Positions 11,747-23,288 of a stretch of DNA of 64,000 nt are shown here, in pieces. Position numbers and translations under genes: made by a program. A model generated the notes under the pieces. It was not told the DNA's origin. It ran no database searches and saw nothing but the letters and a program-made list of their open reading frames with translations. Position 1 is the stretch's first letter. Every line of letters starts with the position of its first letter. The DNA comes from Rhynchopus sp. YZ270_cl-10 (taxonomy: Eukaryota). The DNA lies in contig OZ037837.1 in the NCBI GenBank assembly GCA_964035575.1, forward strand, positions 1,426,001 to 1,490,000, in the 5' to 3' direction.

Positions 11747-13396
11747 ATGGTGTCTGACACGCAGCCCACCGCACCACAGATGCCGAGCTGTGAGAACTGT
11801 GGCGTGCCTGCACAGCTGCAGTGCGGGATCTGCAAGGAGCTGTTCTTCTGCGACACACCTGCGTGCTACGATGCTTGCCATCCAAGGAAAGGCGACCGTG
11901 AGGCACATCGCGCTTCTGTGACTGCGTACGGGACGTCGTCGAAGTGTGCACAGCACCCAGGACAAGAGCTGTCCCTCGTCTGTGAAGACCCTGCGTGTGG
12001 AGACGCGTTGATCTGCATACACTGTGCTTACTTCGGACACACGGGACACAAGACAGTTGACATCACGGACTACATGAAACGCCAGCGTGACACCCTCTGC
12101 TCACACGTGGCAGACCTGACAGCACAGCGGACTGCTGCAGAGGAGAAGTGCCGTGTGCTTGAGGCACTCCCACCTACGGAGGACAGGTACAAAGATCTTC
12201 TCCTGCAGACACACGTCGGGCACCTCGTGATGCGTGAGGATGTGTCGCGCAGCGAAGTCGTGTGTGAGGAGGAGGTGGCACGGAGCTTCCTCACACAGGC
12301 ACTCAGTCGTGAAGGGGAGGTGTGTGCGCTGAAGACGTTTGTTGCGAAGGCAGGACACATGATTGCTGAGTGCGAGGCGGTGTGCCAGCTTGGGGACGAC
12401 CAGGTGCTGCGTGCGGTCGCAGAGTCGCAGGCCGTTGTGCGGAGCATCAACAGCATGGCAGCGAGTGGAGACCGCCACCGCCTTGTGGGTGCTGCACACC
12501 CACACGCAACGTTTTCCCTGAAGCTGCCTGTTTCGAACGTGCACGATGCCCTTGCCCAGATGTCTGCGCTTGTTGTGCCTGTCCTTGTGCAGGGGTTGGA
12601 TGGAGTGGAACACGAGATTGAGGTGAGTGTGGATGACACGGGCAGGGACTTGCTTCGGAAGGTGGCGTCTGCAGTGGGGTTGCCTGAAGGCTGCTTCGAC
12701 ATGACTTTCAGAGATGAAGTGATTGCAGAAGGAGAGGACGTGGTGCAGCTGAGGGGTCACAGGATTGTTGTAACGCAGACCAGCACAGAGAGGAGGAAGC
12801 AGGATGCCATTGCAGCACTTCGTGCGTTGGGTGAGACAACACTTACATCACAAAGGTTGAAGCAGGTGGCTGATCCGAAGGTGGCTTGCTTGCTCCTGCA
12901 GGCACAAGTTGTGACTGCGATTCCAGACGACTTCTTCCAGAGAACTGCAGTGACGTGCATTGATCTCAGTCATGCGTCTGCTGTGACTGCGATTGGGCAC
13001 GGATTTCTTCGTAACTGCACAGCTTTGACCGACGTTGATCTGAGTGGATTGCAAGCTGTCACCTCGATTGGTCACACGTTCCTTTGCGGGTGCACATCGT
13101 TGTCGACAGTGGATATGAGTGGATTGCAAGCTGTCACCTCGATTGGGTACTCGTTCCTCGGCGGGTGCACATCATTATCGTCAGTTGATCTGAGTGGATT
13201 CAAAGCTGTCACCACGATTGAGTCCTGCTTCCTCTTCGGGTGTACATCATTGTCAACAGTGGATCTGAGTGCATTTCAAACTGTAACCGCCATCGCGCAG
13301 CATTTCCTCTGCGAGTGCACATCATTGAAGACCTTGCATGGAAAGGACAAATGCAACAATGCTGTACTCAACAATCTCCCACAACGTCTACGGTAG
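11747..13396 (+). CDS. Family A copy 2: RING-less TRIM-like protein (B-box1, B-box2, coiled coil) with UBL domain and BspA/TpLRR-type LRRs, 549 aa
   Basis: CENC..C..C..FC..C..H and CAQH..C..C..LIC..C..GH.GH zinc-ligand patterns; helical segment; VLVQGLDGVEHEIEVSVDDTGRDLLRKVASAVGL beta-grasp pattern; 25-aa repeats LxxVDLSGLQAVTSIGxxFLxxC. Confidence 0.85.
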   Translation: MVSDTQPTAPQMPSCENCGVPAQLQCGICKELFFCDTPACYDACHPRKGDREAHRASVTAYGTSSKCAQHPGQELSLVCEDPACGDALICIHCAYFGHTGHKTVDITDYMKRQRDTLCSHVADLTAQRTAAEEKCRVLEALPPTEDRYKDLLLQTHVGHLVMREDVSRSEVVCEEEVARSFLTQALSREGEVCALKTFVAKAGHMIAECEAVCQLGDDQVLRAVAESQAVVRSINSMAASGDRHRLVGAAHPHATFSLKLPVSNVHDALAQMSALVVPVLVQGLDGVEHEIEVSVDDTGRDLLRKVASAVGLPEGCFDMTFRDEVIAEGEDVVQLRGHRIVVTQTSTERRKQDAIAALRALGETTLTSQRLKQVADPKVACLLLQAQVVTAIPDDFFQRTAVTCIDLSHASAVTAIGHGFLRNCTALTDVDLSGLQAVTSIGHTFLCGCTSLSTVDMSGLQAVTSIGYSFLGGCTSLSSVDLSGFKAVTTIESCFLFGCTSLSTVDLSAFQTVTAIAQHFLCECTSLKTLHGKDKCNNAVLNNLPQRLR

Positions 13397-14399
13397 TGTC
13401 ATTCACTCACCTCAATCTCGTGTTCCGCTCCATTCAACCTCTGCACAAGTACAGTTCACTTTGCAGCAGTTATTGCTGTGCATCTTCACCCTTCGCACTG
13501 TGTGGTCAGCTGCACGACGGCTGCTCTGCACTGTGCTGAGGTGTGCTTCTTTATTATTTTTGGGAGGTGGTGACAGAGTGAGGTGGGGTTTGTTGGGATG
13601 AGTCATACGAAACAATTGGGAGGATTTGAGAGGGTTGGCTGGGTGTTGTGAACAACAGAGCATTTCTTTGGGTTTGGGTGAGGGACGTTGAGGGTGGGGT
13701 CCTTCTTAGGATCAGAAGTGTGTCCACTAAATTGGTTTTCCTTTTTGAGTTTTGGATGTTTGGAACACTGCTGTGGGTTTCAAGCAGGTGTTTTGTATCT
13801 CTACGGATTCGTGGAGAACTGACCCTCTTTTCTTTCCCGTCGTGTGATACTGAGTGGAGTTGAGACTTTGGCCCAGTCTGGTTTGCGCTTCACCCTAGCA
13901 CAGACGCCTCTATGAGGCTAGGGCTTGGCATCAGTCTTTGTTTTCTTTATAAATGAGGGTGGATACTAACGTTTCATTGGTGAGGGGAGCAGAGGGTTGG
14001 GTAAGGGAGGGTAGGGGAGGGGTGTTTGTGTGTGTATGTAGTACCGGGATTTACAAAGAAATGTGAGGACAGAGTCTTTCAGCAAGGAACCCTGTCACAG
14101 CCTGGGGAAGGTGTGCTGTCTGTGCCCCCATGTATGGCTGTGCTTTAATGAAAAAGGTACGTGTGACTAAGCAGAGTAGGCTTAGTTTTGTCTTCTCGTT
14201 TTTTGTATTTTTGTCGCTCTTTTTTTCTGAACAAGATAAAACAAAAAGCTTGCGTTTCTTTTATCGAACAGATTTTATTCTCCGCCCCGTACCCAAAACA
14301 TAAACACCACTGTGCATCAGAACAAATATTTTCCCTTTTCTTTTTTCTTCCACACACGCTTGTTTTTGTGCTTCGTTCATTTTTTATTAAAAAAGCTTT

Positions 14400-14560
14400 G
14401 TTTCGAGTGCGAAACGTTTCTCCATGTATTGCACGGGAAACAACATGACAAACAGGTGCAGGGTGGTTCCGTGCTTACCATAGAACCTGGCACCTTGTGT
14501 GTCTCCCAAAAACCAAAAAAGCGTTGTGTGTGAAGTTTTGAAGGAAGGAAAAATAAAAAC
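14400..14560 (+). repeat. Dispersed ~160-bp repeat
   Basis: gcgaaacgttt...gggtggttccgtgc...ccaaaaaccaaaa...gaaggaaaa recurs at ~26545-26665, ~49260-49385 and ~61325-61480. Confidence 0.8.
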
Positions 14561-16840
14561 CCCATTTTCCGCGATGCGAACTTCGTTGGAGTGTGTCAAT
14601 GAGCCTCATCGTTGGGTGCAATGACGCGTGTGTATGATCAACATGCACGCGTTTTCTCAGGTCCGACAAGACCAATATGTTAACTGTAAACAAAAAATGC
14701 TATTTTTCCAGGAAAACAAAAAGAGAGATCATCGTGTTCATGAGGAGTTACTTATAATAGCGGTTGGTACAGTGGAGTTCATCCTCGGGTGTCTACACTA
14801 ATACAACCAAGTTTTCAAAAAGCACAAAACATAAAGCCAGAGCAAAACAAAGCAGAACCAACCAAATTTAATTTTTCTCTCCAAAAATCTTCGCGTCACT
14901 ACCCATACCCGAACTATTTTCCTGCTTCACTTCTTGCACCCCTTTGTGCACAGCGTCTATTGTGACTGTGCAGCAGTTGTTGTCTAAGCAATACTGTCGC
15001 TGTGTCGTGGCGCGAAGATCCAGACACCTTGAGTGTTTTGGGATGAGGTCCTGGGTTGAGACTTTGCACGTTGGGATGGTATCGCTGATCATTTGGTTTT
15101 GGGTGTCGTCAAGCAGGGTCCGCATACGCATCCGTCAGTTGGGCAACCCTTCGATGCAGTGCAGCAATGATCCTCATCGTTGTTCGTGCAGGTCTGTAAA
15201 TACGTAAAGGCAACAAGCAAGAGCGTGCGTTGTGTGGGTCGTGTGTCATTTGGACAACCCCTTCGATGCAGTGCTGTATGTTACTACACACACTAGCTAG
15301 GTAGGGGTGCCGCTAGAGTTGCCTGCATGCTGTACACAGGCTTTCTGCATGACCTTTGGGTTAACACAACTCAAACGGGAAGTAGGTTACGTAAGAGGGG
15401 GTGCATGGGCACAGAGGGGTCAATGGTGTTAAGGGAACGGAGGGGAATCACAGTTCTTAGTGGAGGGTCACTGGGTGCACAAATCCTTTGTTGACAGGTA
15501 GTGGGGGAGGGTTTGCGTCCTGTGTGGCAGAGTTGCGAACATACAAGAGGACAACTGTACCGGAACGCAAGGGAGACGACTGCTCTTCTGAACGAAGGTG
15601 TTCCTCAAGAAGTCGTTAACCTTTTCCCCTCCTCCTTATTGTGAGTCTTGCTCGAAATTGCCGAGACTCTCACTCTGGTGCCTCTGAGGGAGACCCCCTG
15701 GCCCTCGGGCTTTATTTGGCACCAAAACCACCCTCGTGCCTCTGCCTCGTGGCACCGTACCCCTCCAGGCGTAAAGTGTTTATGAGTATCGGTAATACAT
15801 AGCTATCCAAACCACCCCTCCACAAGAACACAGGATACCTGACGGGAGGGGAGATGGGGATGCAGTGTCTCAATGGCGTGCCTTGGACGGGACACTGAGC
15901 AGGAAAAGGAAGGAGATGCGCACACAGTTCTTCATCGCTTCCTGTGTGGGATGGTGGGATCATGCACTTGCTCTGGTGGTGAATTTTGATTACAGAGAAG
16001 CACACCCATCATCTTAGCAGGAACACTGGTGTGGAAACCACGCCACCTCAGCACTGCACAGCAACGATGCTCTTCAAGGGGCTGAAGCTGTCGCAGGTGA
16101 ACATCGGTGCTGCAACTGGGAAGTGCTAGACGTGTGTGCACGACACATTTCATCTTGACCCCTTTGTGGCTCTCACGCTATTCTTTTACCCCCTCCTGTC
16201 GACAAAAGGCAACATGGTGTATTGATGTTGTGTGTGAAAGCTGACATCATCCCCTCATGCCTTCTACGGTAGCATAGTGTCTGTTGCGTCACTAAAGCAC
16301 ATTGAGGCTTTGGTGCAATGTGACAGAAAAGCTAATTATTATCCAGACCACAAAACAGCACCACACAGCTGTATCCCCACACAGTGGACCAGCAGGCGAA
16401 ACCACTAGTGGACCCGATGGGTGAAATGACGTCAGGTGGAACCCTGTCGACCCACCAGGTGACCCACCTGTCTTGGTACCTCCTGCTCCACTGTGCCATT
16501 ACCTCTGTACACCCCGTGTGAATCAGGACAAGATCCTGCATTTCATTTTGTACCTTCGGGGACATGACACTTGTGACATATCTTAGGAAATCTTTTAGTA
16601 TACGCGAAGACGATTCTCGTGCTCCTCACTTCTCCCCCACACTATGTCAATACAACAGGTTAGACCGTTTGGTGGTTGGTGTGTTTTTTTGTGTTACGCA
16701 TACTTCTGCACAGTTACGTGGTTTTGTAGCGCAAACGTTGTGTGTCTAGATACTATTACTAGCTCAATAAGAAGTATTTCCCACATTACATTTTCATCGT
16801 ATAGACAGATACGATTCGTGGACATTTACTAGTGTACCGT

Positions 16841-17075
16841 AGGCACAAGTTGCGACTGCGATTCCAGACAACTTCTTCTCCAGTACTGCAGTGACGTGCA
16901 TTGATCTCAGTCATGCGTCTACTCTGACTGTGATTGGGCACGAATTTCTTCATGACTGCACAGCTTTGACCACGTTGATCTGAGTGGATTGCAAGCTGTC
17001 ACCTCGATTTTAGACCACTTCTTCTACGGGTGCACATTGAAGACCTTGCACGGAAAGGACAAGTGCAGCAAGGTT
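16841..17075 (+). pseudogene. Orphan, frameshifted family A LRR fragment
   Basis: Matches the AQVATAIPDNFFSSTAV...KTLHGKDKC coding DNA with internal LRRs missing and indels; followed by the 3' flank shared with copy 3. Confidence 0.8.
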
Positions 17076-18116
17076 CCCACTAAACTTACGCCAGTGACAA
17101 GGAAGAAGCGTTCACTTTGCAGCAGTTGTTGTTCTGCACCTTCACCCCTCGCACTGTGTGGCCTGCTGCACCACGGCTGCTCTGCACTGTGCTGAGGTGT
17201 GCCTCAAGAGGCAGAGGGTAGTGGTGCAGAGTTCGACGACGATACTGGCGAGAATGGGTGGGAAGGGACAAAAGAAGGGGTGGGTCACAAAAGGGGTTTT
17301 GGCATTTTGGGGAGGGTTTGGGTGAGAAAAGGTAAGGGTGGTTGGTACTGGGGATGTGAAGATCATGCACTGAATTGGTTTTCATTTGTGCATTGTCTGG
17401 TATGATCTGGTTGGCACATGCCCCCGCAGTGTTATGTGAAGACCTTGCTGTGGAACTTCGTTTGGTTGTCTTTTTCCCTTCACACAAACTGAACTATAGT
17501 CAGCTCGTCAACATGGCAAAAACAGCGTTGGGCTCAGAAGCAGCAGTGCAAGGCACTAGGAAGCAGCATACAACAGACTTCTGACCAACACGCCTACCTC
17601 AGGAGAAGACTGCCGGTGCATGCGCATTTTCTTCTGAGAAGTCAAACGCAGTTGATAGGTGAAATGCTACGGTCGCTGTATCTGTTTTCAGCCTCATTTG
17701 TGCTCCTCCGTTCTCACCCATCACCAGCTGTACTGCAGGACTTTCACTTTATTACCTTGTCTATTTGGCTCCTTATTTGTAAGCGTACAACTAACAAACT
17801 CTCCCCCTGTTTTGTTTCCCGTTTTCCAGCGTGGGTGAAGATAGCTATTGACACCGTAATATTTTCAGGCTTCGTTTATTTCATTAAACACCCCTTTCAG
17901 CTTAGGAGCAACCATACTCGAATTGTTGACAGAAAACACAACCACCCAAAGCAAAGGAACACCCACACCACTATCATAATCAGTAAAAAGGCAAAAAAAT
18001 AAAAGTCCATTTTTGTTTGAAGGTTTTTGTCACCACCCTGCAAAAAAGAAGTCACACCCAACCCCTTCCAGACACCCCTGCACCCTCCCACCTCTCCGAA
18101 ACACACAACATACAAC

Positions 18117-19769
18117 ATGGTGTCCGACACGCAGCCCACCGCACCACAGATGCCGAGCTGTGAGAACTGTGACGAGCCTGCACAACTGCAGTGCGGGAAC
18201 TGCACGGATCTGTTCTTCTGCGACACACCTGCGTGCTATGACGCTTGCCACCCAAGTCCACGTGACCGTGAGGCACATCGCGCTTCTGTGACTCCGTACG
18301 GGATGTCGTCGAAGTGTGCACAGCACCCAGGACAAGAGCTGTGCGTCGTCTGTGAAGACCCTGCGTGTGGAGACGCGTTGATCTGCTTGCGTTGTGCGTA
18401 CGTCGGACATACGGGACACAAGACAGTTGACATCACGGACTACATGAAACGCCAGCGTGACACCCTCTGCTCACACGTGGCAGACCTGACAACACAGCGG
18501 ACTGCTGCAGAGGAGAAGTGCCGTGTGCTTGAGGCACTCCCACCCACAGAGGACAGGTACAAAGACCTTCTCCTGCAGACACGCATCGGGCACCTCGTGA
18601 TGCGTGAGGATGTGTCACGCAGCGAAGTTGTGTGTGAGGAGGAGGTGGCACGGAGCTTCCTCACACAGGCACTCAGTCGTGAAGGGGAGGTGTGTGCGCT
18701 GAAGACGTTTGTTGCGAAGGCAGGACACATGATTGCTGAGTGCGAGGCGGTGTGCCAACTTGGGGACGACCAGGTGCTGCGTGCGGTCACAGAGTCGCAG
18801 GCCGTTGTGCGGAGCATCAACAGCATGGCAGCGAGTGGAGACCGCCACCGCCTTGTGGGTGCTGCAGACCCACACGCAAGGTTTTCCCTGAAGCTGCCTG
18901 TTTCGAACGTGCACGACGCCCTTGCCCAGATGTCTGCGCTTGTTGTGCCTGTCCTTGTGCAGGGGTTGGATGGAGTGGAACACGAGATTGAGGTGAGTGT
19001 GGATGACACGGGCAGGGACTTGCTTCGGAAGGTGGCGTCTGCAGTGGGGTTGCGTGAAGGCTGCTTCGACATGACTTTCAGAGATGAAGTGATTGCAGAA
19101 GGAGAGGACGTGGTGCAGCTGAGGGGTCACAGGGTTGTTGTAACGCTGACCAACACAGAGAGGAGGAAGCAGGATGCCATTGCAGCACTTCGTGCGTTGG
19201 GTGAGACAACACTTACAGAAGAAAGGTTGAAGCAGGTGACTGATCCGAAGGTGGCTTGCTTGCTCCTGCAGGCACAAGTTGTGACTGCGATTCCCGAAAA
19301 CTTCTTCATGAGTACTCGAGTGACGTGCATTGATCTCAGTCATGCGTCTGCTGTGACTGTGATTGGGCACGGATTTCTTCGTGACTGCACAGCTTTGACC
19401 AAAGTTGACCTTAGTGGGTTGCAAGCTGTCACCTCGATTGGGAGCTACTTTCTCTACGGGTGTACAGCGTTGCCGACAGTTGATTTGAGTGGATTGCGAC
19501 GTGTCACCTCGATTGGGAAATGGTTCCTCTCCGGGTGCACATCATTGTCGACAGTTGATCTAAGTGTATTCAACGGTGTAGCGGCGATTGGGGCCTGCTT
19601 CCTCTACGAGTGCACATCAATGTCAACAGTGGATCTGAGTGGATTGCAAACTGTCACTGCCATTGGGAACTACTTCTTCCACGGGTGCACGTCATTGAAG
19701 ACCTTGCATGGAAAGGACAAGTGCAGCACTCTTGTACGCAACAATCTCCCACAACTCTTACGCCGTTGA
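18117..19769 (+). CDS. Family A copy 3 (B-box/B-box/CC/UBL/LRR), 550 aa
   Basis: Intact ORF from the ATG at 18117, paralogous to 11747-13396. Confidence 0.85.
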   Translation: MVSDTQPTAPQMPSCENCDEPAQLQCGNCTDLFFCDTPACYDACHPSPRDREAHRASVTPYGMSSKCAQHPGQELCVVCEDPACGDALICLRCAYVGHTGHKTVDITDYMKRQRDTLCSHVADLTTQRTAAEEKCRVLEALPPTEDRYKDLLLQTRIGHLVMREDVSRSEVVCEEEVARSFLTQALSREGEVCALKTFVAKAGHMIAECEAVCQLGDDQVLRAVTESQAVVRSINSMAASGDRHRLVGAADPHARFSLKLPVSNVHDALAQMSALVVPVLVQGLDGVEHEIEVSVDDTGRDLLRKVASAVGLREGCFDMTFRDEVIAEGEDVVQLRGHRVVVTLTNTERRKQDAIAALRALGETTLTEERLKQVTDPKVACLLLQAQVVTAIPENFFMSTRVTCIDLSHASAVTVIGHGFLRDCTALTKVDLSGLQAVTSIGSYFLYGCTALPTVDLSGLRRVTSIGKWFLSGCTSLSTVDLSVFNGVAAIGACFLYECTSMSTVDLSGLQTVTAIGNYFFHGCTSLKTLHGKDKCSTLVRNNLPQLLRR

Positions 19770-20059
19770 CAACTATGAAGGAGTTCACTTTGCAGCAGTT
19801 GTTGTTGTGCATCTTCACCCCTCGCACTGTGTGGCCTGCTGCACCACGGCTGCTCTGCACTGTGCTGAGGTGTGCCTCAAGAGGCAGAGGGTAGTGGTGC
19901 AGAGTTCGACGACGATACTGGCGAGAATGGGTGGGAAGGGACAAAAGAAGGGGTGGGTCACAAAAGGGGTTTTGGCGTTTTGGGGAGGGTTTGGGTGAAA
20001 AGGTAAGGGTGGTTGTTACTTGGGATGAGCTGTGCCATAAATTTGTTTTCATTGAGACA

Positions 20060-20760
20060 CTGAGACGGCGGTTCAGCTGCCCTCGGCGTAGGAGAGGCGT
20101 ACTCCGTGACTAATGGGATCCTGCAGGGGTGCCCCCTCTCTGTGGTGCTCATCAACGCCTTGATGTCGGTCCTGACGCATTGCCTTACGGAGGTACCTGA
20201 GGCGTTTGTACGGTCGTTTGCTGACGACGCATACCTTCTGTCTCGCCATAGTGAAGCTTCGGTGGGGGCGTGTCTGCTGCGAGTGGAGGACTTCTGCCGC
20301 ATCACAGGCATGCGCCTCAACAAAGAAGACCTTTGCCTTCTCATCGCTGAAGAATCACAAATGCAAGCTGAAGTCTGAGGACAGTCACGTGTTCCAGACA
20401 ACAGAGTCGCTCCGCTCACTCGGCGTGATGATGTGCAGCTCCCTTCGGAGCAAGGGGCGCTACATCGCTACGATATACCAGTCGGCCATGAGGGCGCTCT
20501 CATGTTTGGGTGCGACACAGCTCTCCTTCTCCCAGAAGGTGTCTATCGCTACATCTGCCATCCTCCCTTCAGTGTTGTCCGAGTCCGCCTTCAACATGCC
20601 CCCACAGTCAGTGATGAATGACCTATCGATGGCGGTGGCGATGTGCTGCTGGGACCCACCTACCTTTCCCGTTCAGTGGATGCGTTGCTCACACTCTGCC
20701 TGAAGGCACGTGGCACACCCCTCTCGACTGCAATATGAAGGACGTTCAGAGCTTACGCCA
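20060..20760 (+). pseudogene. Degenerate non-LTR retrotransposon reverse transcriptase fragment
   Basis: NGILQGCPLSVVLIN, RSFADD and GMRLNK motifs typical of non-LTR RTs; reading frame broken downstream. Boundaries approximate. Confidence 0.85.
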
Positions 20761-20873
20761 CGTGTGGAACACAACGACGCCGTGAGCCAGAGGCGCATGA
20801 AAGAAAGTACGCCTTCCACCCCTCATCAATAAGTCACACCCAACCCCTTCCAGACACCCCTGCACCCTCCCAC

Positions 20874-21664
<791 letters not shown>

Positions 21665-21681
21665 CCTCCCACCTCTAAAAA

Positions 21682-23169
21682 ATGAAGCGTTCCTCCGTGA
21701 GTGAGTCCCCCACCACAAAGAAGGCCCGGGTGGACGGCCCTGCACCCTCCCACCTCCCCGAAACACACAACGTGGTGTCTGACACGCAGCCCACCGCACC
21801 ACAGATGCCGAGCTGTGAGAAGTGTGGCGTGCCTGCACAGCTGCAGTGCGGGATGTGCAAGGAGCTGTTCTTCTGCGACACACCTGCGTGCTACGATGCT
21901 TGCCACCCAAGGAAAGGCGACCGTGAGGCACATCGCGCTTCTGTGACTGCGTACGGGACGTCGTCGAAGTGTGTACAGCACCCAGGCCAAGAGCTGTCCC
22001 TCGTCTGTGAAGACCCTGCGTGTGGAGACGCGTTGATCTGCTTGCGTTGTGCGTACGTCGGACACACGGGACACAAGACAGTTGACATCACGGACTACAT
22101 GAAACGCCAGCGTGACACCTTCTGCTCACACGTGGCTGACCTGACAACACAGCGGACTGCTGCAGAGGAGAAGTGCCGTGTGCTTGAGGCACTCCCACCC
22201 ACAGAGGACAGGTACAAAGACCTTCTCCTGCAGACACACGTCGGGCACCTCGTGATGCGTGAGGATGTGTCGCGCAGCGAAGTCGTGTGTGAGGAGGAGG
22301 TGGCACGGAGCTTCCTCACACAGGCACTCAGTCGTGAAGGGGACGTGTGCGCGCTGAAGATGTTTGTTGCGAAGGCAGGACACATGATTGCTGAGTGTGA
22401 GGCGGTGTGCCAGCTTGGGGACGACCAGGTGCTGCGTGCGGTCACAGAGTCGCAGGCCGTTGTGCGGAGCATCAACAGCATGGCAGCGAGTGGAGACCGC
22501 CACCGCCTTGTGGGTGCTGCAGACCCACACACAACGTTTTCCCTGAAGCTGCCTGTTTCGAACGTGCACGACGCCCTTGCCCAGATGTCTGCGATTTTTG
22601 TGCCTGTCCTTGTGCAGGGGTTGGATGGAGTGGAACACGAGATTGAGGTGAGTGTGGATGACACGGGCAGGGACTTGCTTCGGAAGGTGGCGTCTGCAGT
22701 GGGGTTGCGTGAAGGCTGCTTCGACATGACTTTCAGAGATGAAGTGATTGCAGAAGGAGAGGACGTGGTGCAGCTGAGGGGTCACAGGGTTGTTGTAACG
22801 CAGACCAGCACAGAGAGGAGGAAGCAGGATGCCATTGCAGCACTTCATGCGTTGGGTGAGACAACACTTACATCACAAAGGTTGGAGCAGGTGACTGATC
22901 CGAAGGTGGCTTGCTTGCTCCTGCAGGCACAAGTTGTGACTGCGATTCCAAACAATTTCTTCTCGAGTACTGAAGTGATGTGCATTGATCTCAGTCATGC
23001 GTCTGCTGTGACTGCGATTGGGAACGAATTTCTTCGTGACTGCACATCTTTGACCAACGTTGACCTTAGTGGACTGCAAGCTGTCACCTCGATTGGGTAC
23101 TCGTTCCTCCGTGGGTGCAGATCATTGTTGACACTTGATTTGAGTGGATTGCAATCCGTCACCGTGTGA
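21682..23169 (+). CDS. Family A copy 4, with altered N-terminus and C-terminally truncated LRR (possibly a pseudogene)
   Basis: The paralog ATG reads GTG here; an upstream ATG adds MKRSSVSESPTTKKARVDG. The LRR region ends at repeat module B (23164), which supplies the stop. Confidence 0.7.
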   Translation: MKRSSVSESPTTKKARVDGPAPSHLPETHNVVSDTQPTAPQMPSCEKCGVPAQLQCGMCKELFFCDTPACYDACHPRKGDREAHRASVTAYGTSSKCVQHPGQELSLVCEDPACGDALICLRCAYVGHTGHKTVDITDYMKRQRDTFCSHVADLTTQRTAAEEKCRVLEALPPTEDRYKDLLLQTHVGHLVMREDVSRSEVVCEEEVARSFLTQALSREGDVCALKMFVAKAGHMIAECEAVCQLGDDQVLRAVTESQAVVRSINSMAASGDRHRLVGAADPHTTFSLKLPVSNVHDALAQMSAIFVPVLVQGLDGVEHEIEVSVDDTGRDLLRKVASAVGLREGCFDMTFRDEVIAEGEDVVQLRGHRVVVTQTSTERRKQDAIAALHALGETTLTSQRLEQVTDPKVACLLLQAQVVTAIPNNFFSSTEVMCIDLSHASAVTAIGNEFLRDCTSLTNVDLSGLQAVTSIGYSFLRGCRSLLTLDLSGLQSVTV

Positions 23170-23288
23170 TCTGGGGTGAGGAAGCGTTCCAACTTTTCAA
23201 CCTCTTCCCCAATTTACCTTTCACGCCTTTTTTACCCTCCCCCGTTTTAGAATCAACAGAGAGTGTACGTTAAGATTTATTGCATCAA

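Larger units (their letters stand above)
6428..15875 (+). repeat. Tandem segmental duplication of the family A unit (~6428-11255 and ~11267-15875)
   Basis: Leader, CDS and ~2 kb of downstream DNA (9135-11255 vs 13396-15875) are near-identical apart from indels, including ~330 bp extra at ~14230-14560. Confidence 0.9.
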
